IMG/VR virus record: IMGVR_UViG_3300029908_000004
Span: 151,292-215,291 of that record
Direction: 5' to 3' (one strand)
Length of the DNA: 64,000 nt
Part shown: piece by piece, positions 54,964-62,020 of the stretch
Layout: the number at the start of each line of letters is the position of its first letter
How positions within the stretch are numbered: position 1 is the stretch's first letter
Translations under genes and position numbers: made by a program
Notes under the pieces: model-generated
What the model was told of the DNA's origin: nothing
The model's database searches: none
The model's input: the letters and a program-made list of their open reading frames with translations, nothing else

Positions 54964-55225
54964 ACTTTATTATCTCCATTTCTATAGGCCATGTTTCTCC
55001 AGGACCATTTGTTGAGGGACACCCTGTTAGTAGTAGTTCTCTTGCTATGTATAAGCCTAAATAACGAAAGACAGCTTGTTTCTTCTGATCCGGGTCTGTT
55101 AGATCCATATCAGCAGAAGCTTGCTGCCAAACTAAAGAGTCATCTTCCTCTATGCGTTGCATATCAAGACTAATAGAAGCTGCAAGAGTCATCCTAACTT
55201 GTATAATATCTTCATCTGAACGCAT
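54887..55225 (-). CDS. Hypothetical protein
   Basis: 112-aa acidic ORF with AGGTGG RBS, overlapping the ATPase start. Confidence 0.55.
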   Translation of the reverse strand: MRSDEDIIQVRMTLAASISLDMQRIEEDDSLVWQQASADMDLTDPDQKKQAVFRYLGLYIARELLLTGCPSTNGPGETWPIEMEIIKYGICDSEEAATGTATNPGVHQDDQK

Positions 55226-55243
55226 ACCGCCACCTAACTTATA

Positions 55244-55450
55244 TTATTTCTTCACTGGTTTCATTTTACTAAGCATCTTTAATAGCCTATTACGGCCAAT
55301 TTTGGTATGGTAAAGATTACCATGTTCTGGTTGGACATATAAATCAATGCTATTCTTTTCTATGTAATACCACCCTTTACCAGTAGTTATAACTGTACCT
55401 TTTGGTGTTGGTAAGTCATGTGGAAGTCCATCTTTAACATATTTCTTCAT
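55244..55450 (-). CDS. Small hypothetical protein
   Basis: 68 aa in operon. Confidence 0.6.
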   Translation of the reverse strand: MKKYVKDGLPHDLPTPKGTVITTGKGWYYIEKNSIDLYVQPEHGNLYHTKIGRNRLLKMLSKMKPVKK

Positions 55451-55649
55451 CTTCTGTTTCCTTATCTTTCTCTAATTCTAAATAATGCATTATCCAAAGC
55501 AAAAATAAAGCCAAGTAGAAACATCCTACACTGAGGAAGAACTCCCAAAGATGACCACCTAGTCTTGTGAAGTCCGCTCCAGCGATACCAGCAATCATAC
55601 TACATATTAAAATAATTATAATTACTAACTGTTCTGTGTATATATTCAT
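55434..55649 (-). CDS. Small two-TM membrane protein
   Basis: Two hydrophobic helices and a charged tail. Confidence 0.65.
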   Translation of the reverse strand: MNIYTEQLVIIIILICSMIAGIAGADFTRLGGHLWEFFLSVGCFYLALFLLWIMHYLELEKDKETEDEEIC

Positions 55650-55676
55650 ATTGTACCTACATTTAACAATTAATAT

Positions 55677-55970
55677 TTATAGCTGTGTCATACCGTGTAA
55701 TGCTTCTTCTACGCGTGCTCGCCATTCTTTTTGTGGGAATGAATGAGCATATAGGAAAGCTATCAGTTCACCAGCACTAAAGCCACCACGGCATTCTCCT
55801 GTAACGAGGGCTGCTTGTTCTCCATACACTGCGCAATATACTTCATAAGCTCGTATAGTTACCGTTTGTGGGCAGCGAGCAGACTGATGTACCACTCTTC
55901 GCGTTTGTACCGGGTGTACTGGTACATCCAATTTCATACAACATTGCCCATGACACTCATAATCACTCAT
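55677..55970 (-). CDS. Hypothetical phage protein
   Basis: AYEVY...YGEQ...RGGFSAGEL motif. Confidence 0.65.
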   Translation of the reverse strand: MSDYECHGQCCMKLDVPVHPVQTRRVVHQSARCPQTVTIRAYEVYCAVYGEQAALVTGECRGGFSAGELIAFLYAHSFPQKEWRARVEEALHGMTQL

Positions 55971-55981
55971 TATATTTCCCT

Positions 55982-56215
55982 TTACAAGAAGTTTGGGTCA
56001 ATTGGGTCGAATTTGTCATAGTTATTATCATCATCTGAGTCTTTTCGTCCGTCAGGCTTTGTAGGTTTAGCTACTCGTGGCTTAGCGATTGGAGTTGAGC
56101 AATATTTCAGACCATTCTCATGAACCCAAATTCCCCACATACCTTTCTCTTTAGAAATAAGACTCTTACAAAAGTCGCATAAGCCATAATTTTTGTTTTT
56201 AACTACTGATGCCAT
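55982..56215 (-). CDS. Small Zn-finger-like protein
   Basis: CDFC...WVH.....C. GTG start in the track, or ATG at 56209. Confidence 0.6.
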   Translation of the reverse strand: MASVVKNKNYGLCDFCKSLISKEKGMWGIWVHENGLKYCSTPIAKPRVAKPTKPDGRKDSDDDNNYDKFDPIDPNFL

Positions 56216-56241
56216 AGTTTATCCCTTCACGTCCTCGTGCT

Positions 56242-56655
56242 TCACTTCGTCCCTCCATTGGCTTTCCCGGCAAGCGCCGCCCGCGCAATCTCGTTTCCCC
56301 TGCTATTTCCGAAGTCCGGTTCGTTGCCAAGACGCGCCAGCTTATCTAATGCCGCCTCCAACTCTACGACGCGGGCCTTGAGCGCGGTATTCTCCTCCCT
56401 CACTCCTGCGAGTGCCGTTGCATTGCGAACCTTCTCTAAATCTCGCCACTGTTCCCATGCCGCCACGCGGGCCTTGAGCGTGGTGTTCTCGGCCTCCAGC
56501 GGGGCGGCGATATGGGCAGCGTAGGCGGCGTGGTCATGATAGAGTACGAAAGAACCTTCGGGATGCTCGTAAGCTTGTATTTCATCGCCGCCTTTGAATA
56601 CCAGAACACGGTATCGTTTGATCGGCTCCGCTGGCGTTACCTTCGGGGCAGTCAT
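56242..56655 (-). CDS. Coiled-coil hypothetical protein
   Basis: HPEGSFVLYHDH motif. ENTTLKARV/ENTALKARV duplication (DNA 56465-56490 and 56369-56394). Confidence 0.7.
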   Translation of the reverse strand: MTAPKVTPAEPIKRYRVLVFKGGDEIQAYEHPEGSFVLYHDHAAYAAHIAAPLEAENTTLKARVAAWEQWRDLEKVRNATALAGVREENTALKARVVELEAALDKLARLGNEPDFGNSRGNEIARAALAGKANGGTK

Positions 56656-57677
56656 CTTGTTTCCTCTTTTCCAATATGCATACCCAGCGCAATCCGTGAT
56701 CCTCTATGTCGTTCGTTGGCATATGTCCTCGGTTGAATCTGGAAGTCAATCGGAAGTCCTGTAATCTTTGACAGCCGTTCCGAAATAGCAACAGTCAGCA
56801 GCAGCCACTTCGCATCCTGTTCCCAGCATCTACCAGCGCCGGGAAACTCTGTGGCAAACTGTTCGTCCGACATGATGAACCGCACATCTACATCACGCCA
56901 GTCAGGACGATCAAGGGATGATCCGACAAGGTAGCACCCCCAACCGCCGAATGCCTCGGTGAGCTGGCGGCACGCCGTTTCGAGTGCAAAGATGGCCGGA
57001 GCACCAACGTAGTTACATTTCTTGCGCGGTGCTACTTCGGGGTCAGTCGTCTCCGGTGCGGGACTGCCATGTGCAGCACACGGCAACTTTCCGTGGCAGC
57101 AATCGCAAGTCATTGGCGGCGTTACCTTCGGGTCAGGCTGCACGATCGGCTCCGGCGCGGGCTGGTTGGCCTCTGCCGGATCATGTTCGACAATACGTTT
57201 CAGGATGTTAGATGCATCGAGGTGCGCGTAAGCGTGCTTTGGGCTGGCCTCCGACTTCTTTATTCCACGCGCTGGGTCAGGCATGTTCTCTTCTGCGAAC
57301 CGCTTGTCGTGCTCCGGATTATTTCCTCCGAAGATGTCTTCGTAAGGCGCGTCCGGTATCTTCGTCGCAATCTCATATTCCGCAAGGCATTCCGGTGAGT
57401 GACTGCGCCCATCCGTGCAGCCACAATTCTTTCCTTTGCAGGGCGGTAGTGTTTGATGTATGGCCTCCGCTGTTATAAACCGATCACCCTTGCTGCGTAC
57501 AGGTTCGGCGGAATCCCATACAAACCCGAGTTCCAGTGCAACGGACTGCCACGCTCTGTTAGCGTTCTCCTGCGGACTAGATGGCTCCCCGCACTGGACA
57601 GCGATGTACGGAACAGGTTTACTCGCGCCAAGGATGCGATCCAATTGCTGCTGTGATAGCTCAAATTCCTGTCTCAT
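56652..57677 (-). CDS. Mosaic protein with C-terminal Pol-beta-like nucleotidyltransferase motif
   Basis: CYLVGSSLDRPDWRDVDVRFIM (GS...DxD), later PIDFQIQ. Start at ATG 57677 (ATGA overlap, GAGG RBS). Confidence 0.65.
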   Translation of the reverse strand: MRQEFELSQQQLDRILGASKPVPYIAVQCGEPSSPQENANRAWQSVALELGFVWDSAEPVRSKGDRFITAEAIHQTLPPCKGKNCGCTDGRSHSPECLAEYEIATKIPDAPYEDIFGGNNPEHDKRFAEENMPDPARGIKKSEASPKHAYAHLDASNILKRIVEHDPAEANQPAPEPIVQPDPKVTPPMTCDCCHGKLPCAAHGSPAPETTDPEVAPRKKCNYVGAPAIFALETACRQLTEAFGGWGCYLVGSSLDRPDWRDVDVRFIMSDEQFATEFPGAGRCWEQDAKWLLLTVAISERLSKITGLPIDFQIQPRTYANERHRGSRIALGMHIGKEETR

Positions 57678-57982
57678 GAATTCCTCTTTCCTGCCGCGTC
57701 CGGTAGCTTCGGCAGAAACTTTGAGCACAACATCCCGCTAGGATGATGCACCGGAAGCCCCGGCCCAAGAATCGAACTGAATGGAGGCGTGATCGTTTTC
57801 TCCCCACGGTCGCACGCTTCACACGATACGTCGGGCGCGTCCGGTATCTTCGGGATACTGCCGCCAAGCTTGCTGGTGGTAACCGATGGTTCAGGTACGC
57901 ACCCACATAGAAAATTCCCGTTGATCGCGGCTTGCCCGCACATCGGACAATGAGAAAAGCTCGTGTAATGTTCGACGTTCAT
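57674..57982 (-). CDS. Cys-rich small protein
   Basis: CPMCG..CGC and CEAC..H....C. Confidence 0.6.
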   Translation of the reverse strand: MNVEHYTSFSHCPMCGQAAINGNFLCGCVPEPSVTTSKLGGSIPKIPDAPDVSCEACDRGEKTITPPFSSILGPGLPVHHPSGMLCSKFLPKLPDAAGKRNS

Positions 57983-58149
57983 AATTTCCCTTCCCTTATC
58001 CGTTGGATCAAACTCGGCTTAGGCTCTGGAGGTTTCTCGTTCTCGTTAATCCAGAATCCACAACGGGCGCACATCAGCTTGCAATCTCCCCCATACTTCA
58101 GGATTCGCTTCTTTGGTGGGCATGAACACCAAATTGGATCGTAACTCAT
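57979..58149 (-). CDS. 56-aa Zn-finger-like protein (absent from the ORF track)
   Basis: MSYDPIWCSCPPKKRILKYGGDCKLMCARCGFWINE...GKL*, with ATGA overlaps at both ends. Confidence 0.7.
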   Translation of the reverse strand: MSYDPIWCSCPPKKRILKYGGDCKLMCARCGFWINENEKPPEPKPSLIQRIREGKL

Positions 58150-58553
58150 CCCTTCTTCCCTTCTGCCGCGTCAAGGGCGGCGAGGATTGCGTCAGCGGCT
58201 TCCTTTTTCAAGCTCCTACTACCTTGGAAAAAATACTGCAACTTATTAAGCAATATCTCCTGCCTCTTATTGACTGGCACAAGGGAATCATTGCGGCAGG
58301 CAACAAAATCACGAAGAATCGTGGTGGCCAAGCCTCCATACTGCTTACCTGTTGTGGCTTCTATCGTTTCGACAGCGTCGCCTATTTCCTCCGGTGTTGG
58401 TGGCTCCAGTAGCTTGCCGGGTAGGTGGTCGGCTGCGGTTTTAATAACGATACGCCAGCCTGACCACTCAGGACTGTATGAGTATCCCGCTTCGTTCAGT
58501 GCTTTGATACTCGCTTGTTTAGCTGCTTGAAATACCTCTTCTGGTAGATTCAT
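58146..58553 (-). CDS. Hypothetical protein
   Basis: 135 aa, ATGA coupling, GGGGAG RBS. Confidence 0.7.
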   Translation of the reverse strand: MNLPEEVFQAAKQASIKALNEAGYSYSPEWSGWRIVIKTAADHLPGKLLEPPTPEEIGDAVETIEATTGKQYGGLATTILRDFVACRNDSLVPVNKRQEILLNKLQYFFQGSRSLKKEAADAILAALDAAEGKKG

Positions 58554-59014
58554 TTAGTCTTCTTCTCCCCTTCGTGGGCAGCGGGCAAGCGCTGTAGTCT
58601 ATCAATCTCTGCTGCGATGAGTGCACCCGCTTTCACGAGATTGCGGATAGGGTCAGGCGACGGCTTCCACCACTCATCACTCCATTTTGGGGGCCAGAAA
58701 ATCTCGTTTAATGGAGCGCGCTCTGGGTGCAGACAACCGTTCGCGCACAAATAACACTTGGCAACAGCGGTCAATTCGCAATCACTGTGTTCATCGTCAT
58801 GTTCTGGCGTCCAACCCTCCACTGTGATCTGCCGTTGCCGCTCCGCCGCGATTAGAGCCGCTCCGTTTGGAGTTGATAATGTTTGCCCAACTCTACTAGG
58901 GTGAGGAGCTTGACATTCACAATAATTATTTTGACAGCCTAATGCCCATACACTTTCATCGTGTGCTGAATGATCACCATTCTTACAACTATCACAGATT
59001 GTTGGGTTACTCAT
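58550..59014 (-). CDS. Chimeric hypothetical phage protein
   Basis: AT-rich Cys/His N-terminus fused to a GC-rich IAAERQRQITVEGWTPEHDDEH...NLVKAGALIAAEIDR domain common in phages. Confidence 0.75.
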   Translation of the reverse strand: MSNPTICDSCKNGDHSAHDESVWALGCQNNYCECQAPHPSRVGQTLSTPNGAALIAAERQRQITVEGWTPEHDDEHSDCELTAVAKCYLCANGCLHPERAPLNEIFWPPKWSDEWWKPSPDPIRNLVKAGALIAAEIDRLQRLPAAHEGEKKTK

Positions 59015-59721
59015 TATACAGGTACCAAGTTATCGCCCGGATCGTCTGAATTCTTAGCATTGGTGTGCTGTGCTAATAATTGATCCATTGTAGTTGGCTT
59101 ACTTGGGGCGAACTCTTCCAAGAACTTCTCCGGTGGGAAGCCAGTTATCTGTGTTAATGCATCCTCATCAATGATAACTTCCATGATTTGAGGCTGAAGG
59201 TCCTTCTCTGAATACTTATCAGTGAAGAACACTACTTCTTGGTTCAACGAACCACGAAGTGGGTCAGAGGTAGCTCTAACTAACTGGTTGTACCTGCCAA
59301 ATACACCCCAATCCAATAAGCTCTTGATAGCACACCATAATTCTGGGCTACCAGCCTTCCAATCCCCAGTTTCTGCTGACTTCCACTTGAATTTACCAGT
59401 CTCTAATTCTTTTATGGTGTAACCACTGAATGAACCTATAGTTAGATCTGGTCGCTCTCTTCTAATAGCATCACATAACAAGTACAAGAACTGTGCTTGC
59501 TGGAAAGGTTCGCCGCCAGAGAAGGTAATACCTTCTACGTCTTTAAGACCCTTTACCCAGTCAATAATCTCTGATAGATAAGTTTCTTTCTTGTTATCGA
59601 AAGCATGAGTGTCAGGATTCCAACATCCCGGACACCCAAGTGAACAACCAGCGAACCAAAGAACGGCCCGATTCCCTGGGCCGTTGGCAGTTGACGAATC
59701 AATTTTACTGTAGACTAACAT
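59014..59721 (-). CDS. NrdG-like radical SAM (4Fe-4S) protein
   Basis: NGPGNRAVLWFAGCSLGCPGCWNP (CX3CX2C), GITFSGGEPFQQ, FSGYT, LRGSLNQ. Start at ATG 59721 coupled to the upstream stop. Confidence 0.88.
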   Translation of the reverse strand: MLVYSKIDSSTANGPGNRAVLWFAGCSLGCPGCWNPDTHAFDNKKETYLSEIIDWVKGLKDVEGITFSGGEPFQQAQFLYLLCDAIRRERPDLTIGSFSGYTIKELETGKFKWKSAETGDWKAGSPELWCAIKSLLDWGVFGRYNQLVRATSDPLRGSLNQEVVFFTDKYSEKDLQPQIMEVIIDEDALTQITGFPPEKFLEEFAPSKPTTMDQLLAQHTNAKNSDDPGDNLVPV

Positions 59722-60035
59722 GGTTTGCCCTTCCCTGTATGTTTCGATAGCTCTTCTGCTAGCTCGGCTATTTTGAGATGTAGTTCCCACTGATCCATCG
59801 AAGTTATCAGGAAGTTGATATTGCAATTGTGACATTCTATAGCCCCCAAGGTTATTTCTACTTCCTCTGAGATTGTTTTACTAATACTTTTGCCATCAAC
59901 AACTTCCTGTTGGATATCTCTGCGTATTTCGCCTCGCAAAGTAAGAGTGTGCCCCTTACATTTTGGACATTCTATTGGGTCCGTCAGGACTGTTGGAGGA
60001 ACTAATTCTTCGCGAACTAATACGACTTTATCCAT
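59715..60035 (-). CDS. Zn-ribbon protein
   Basis: CPKC...CHNC. Confidence 0.7.
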   Translation of the reverse strand: MDKVVLVREELVPPTVLTDPIECPKCKGHTLTLRGEIRRDIQQEVVDGKSISKTISEEVEITLGAIECHNCNINFLITSMDQWELHLKIAELAEELSKHTGKGKPC

Positions 60036-60038
60036 TGT

Positions 60039-60233
60039 CTACTTTCCTACATTCAACTTGTTTACGTTGGGTTGTTCCTTGTGATAATCTGATTTGATAG
60101 TCTCAGATTTCACCTTACCCATAGCTTCGAAAGCCTTCGCGACGTCCTTACAGCCCTTACCCTTAAAGCCCTCTAAATCCAGACTGAAGTTACCATCACC
60201 ATCTATTTCAACTGTCACAATTTTATCCGCCAT
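60039..60233 (-). CDS. DUF2997-like small protein
   Basis: VTVEIDGDGNFSLDLEGFKGKGCKDVAKAFEAMG...KSDYH. AAGGAG RBS. Confidence 0.8.
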   Translation of the reverse strand: MADKIVTVEIDGDGNFSLDLEGFKGKGCKDVAKAFEAMGKVKSETIKSDYHKEQPNVNKLNVGK

Positions 60234-60264
60234 GTCTTTTCTCCTTATTATAGGGTATCCTAGA

Positions 60265-60696
60265 TTAGATACCCACCTTGAATGTTAGTTTTATAGCACC
60301 TTGTGGGGTTACAGTTCTCCCCTGAAAGCTAAGATTAGAACCATTAGCTATCTTTCTAGCATGTTTCTCAGCGTACTTCTGTTTCAACTGTTTCATCCAA
60401 GCTTCGTTGTGAAAACTTGAATCAAACTGAGAGATGATAGCTTTGAAGTTGCCATCAGGACCCCTCTTAAAACCAATATCATTAGACGCATTACCAACTT
60501 CCTTACGTCTAATTATTATCTCTGCCGTATCTTTCCTCTTCTCACCGTGGTAGCCCTCTAAATTCTGAGCCTCTGCGTGTGATTCTGGATTAGCTTGTTC
60601 ACCTTCTTTAATTCCCCTGAATTTCATTTCCTTTAAGGAATCAACAAGGCATTCTTGATTTGACATATTTGTATCTAGTGTTCTGTAAGCAGACAT
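60265..60696 (-). CDS. DUF1257 (Ycf35-like) protein
   Basis: MSAYRTLDT..SNQECLVDSLKEM...LEGYHG...AEIIIRR...SNDIGFKR..DG.F...LKQKYA. Confidence 0.82.
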   Translation of the reverse strand: MSAYRTLDTNMSNQECLVDSLKEMKFRGIKEGEQANPESHAEAQNLEGYHGEKRKDTAEIIIRRKEVGNASNDIGFKRGPDGNFKAIISQFDSSFHNEAWMKQLKQKYAEKHARKIANGSNLSFQGRTVTPQGAIKLTFKVGI

Positions 60697-60725
60697 TTTA
60701 TCCTTCTACTATCTATTATAAAATA

Positions 60726-60754
60726 GTGGGGCTATACATTGCATATAGCCCCAC
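60726..60754 (-). terminator. Terminator-like hairpin between the DUF1257 paralogues
   Basis: 11-bp perfect stem GTGGGGCTATA/TATAGCCCCAC, followed by TATTTT on the minus strand. Confidence 0.65.
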
Positions 60755-60760
60755 AACTGA

Positions 60761-61171
60761 TTATACGTGGCGGAATTGTAGTTGCTGAACGGGCTTTCCG
60801 TTCTTAGTTACCTGGCGATAACCAATGAATTCCATGCCAGCGTTCTTGGCAATTTTCTTTGCCTTAGCTACAGCATAGGCTGGAACTACCTGCTTGGTGA
60901 TAGCAGATAGCTTGTGATCTGACTTACGTAGAACGTACTCATCACCAACTACATTGTACTTGCCGTCCTTGCCCATCGAGAATCCGATATCCCCACCATC
61001 GCCGATATCTTCCTTCTTCAGGATGATCTCAGCCTTGTAGGTCTCAGAACCGTGACCACGAACGCTTTCCTTCTTGTCATTAACCTCTGGCTTGTATCCC
61101 AAAGACTTCAAGGCGTCACAAAGAGTCACCTTGTCATTCATTTCTGTGTTTTGCGTGCGGAAGCAACTCAA
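60761..61171 (-). CDS. DUF1257 (Ycf35-like) protein, second copy
   Basis: Start reassigned to TTG 61171 (AGGAG RBS): MSCFRTQNTEMNDKVTLCDALKSLG...VRGHG...AEIIL...DIGF...DG.Y. Confidence 0.82.
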   Translation of the reverse strand: MSCFRTQNTEMNDKVTLCDALKSLGYKPEVNDKKESVRGHGSETYKAEIILKKEDIGDGGDIGFSMGKDGKYNVVGDEYVLRKSDHKLSAITKQVVPAYAVAKAKKIAKNAGMEFIGYRQVTKNGKPVQQLQFRHV

Positions 61172-61339
61172 GATATTTCTCCTATATTTCTTGATATATT
61201 CATACACCCTTGGTATCAATTCTTGCGAAGTCCTTATGAGACCTAAGATAGTACTACATTTTGATGAACTAAACCACAGCTCCATTTCCTGAACAGCAGT
61301 TGTAATTGTAAGATGTCCTCATATATTTGAGGAGTTCTG

Positions 61340-62020
61340 CTACTTACCAGTAGCTTTTTTCTTATATTGCTCTAATCTGGGTTCAACATAGAAGTTAAAC
61401 CCAGCTACTAGCCTACCACGGTCAAGGATAATAACTGGTGGAGCTTCACCTATCGCTGGGACTAGTCGACCTATCGTATCATCGTCTCCCTTTATAATCT
61501 GATCGATGTTTGGTAGATTGTATAAATTCAGTTTAGCAGATTGCACCATAGAAAACAAGCAGAAATCCTTTATTAAGAGAGATTGTTTAACACTGAAGAT
61601 ACCAGTCTTTGGACAACACCTCTCTCCAACTTCGAACAATCCCTCTCCAGTGAGTTGTCTTTCTGCTAATGCTCTAACTCGCATAATATGGTTCTTCAGA
61701 CGAATTTTCTGTGACCCACCACCTGCTGGGTGAAAGCTGACTTCATAGCAGCTTTCCCCATAATCAGATTTGTTATTAGGCAAGGTTTTTAACAACTCTC
61801 CTGCATTCTTTGCTCCCTGAGATAAGACGTCTGTCTCTTCGTAAGGCCAAAGATTTATCGGGGTAGGGGTTTTGAATAGAGCTTGCATCACATTTTTACA
61901 TACAGGACAAGTATGCCCGTATACTAATGGGAATTCTAAGTTCTTTACCTCTCCCTTAAAACTATTTCTTTTCGTAAGAATTAGTTTTGGAGTAGTTTGG
62001 TTATTAGTTAGTTGTATCAT
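61340..62020 (-). CDS. Hypothetical protein with Cys motifs
   Basis: 226 aa, CPVC and CCP, TAATG-coupled to the helicase. Confidence 0.7.
   Translation of the reverse strand: MIQLTNNQTTPKLILTKRNSFKGEVKNLEFPLVYGHTCPVCKNVMQALFKTPTPINLWPYEETDVLSQGAKNAGELLKTLPNNKSDYGESCYEVSFHPAGGGSQKIRLKNHIMRVRALAERQLTGEGLFEVGERCCPKTGIFSVKQSLLIKDFCLFSMVQSAKLNLYNLPNIDQIIKGDDDTIGRLVPAIGEAPPVIILDRGRLVAGFNFYVEPRLEQYKKKATGK

Larger units (their letters stand above)
56225..58870 (-). mobile_element. GC-rich horizontally acquired gene cluster (no integrase or transposase)
   Basis: Visibly GC-rich with C/G-ending codons compared with the AT-rich flanks. Genes coupled by ATGA overlaps rather than TAATG. Boundaries approximate. 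Confidence 0.7.

Noticed and set aside
55434-55649. Holin
   Set aside because: Two TM helices fit, but it lies among accessory genes with no endolysin nearby.
57979-58149. Possible frameshift in the small Cys-rich gene
   Set aside because: Recounting the G5 run (58088-58092) shows an intact 56-aa ORF.
59014-59835. Calling the radical SAM gene nrdG and using the 59835 start
   Set aside because: No nrdD in the window and the context is DUF2997/DUF1257. The longer start overlaps the upstream gene by ~120 nt.
61172-61339. N-terminal extension of the DUF1257 gene to 61285, or an extra gene in the gap
   Set aside because: Alignment with the paralogue and the AGGAG RBS support TTG 61171. Other frames give only short, unconvincing ORFs.
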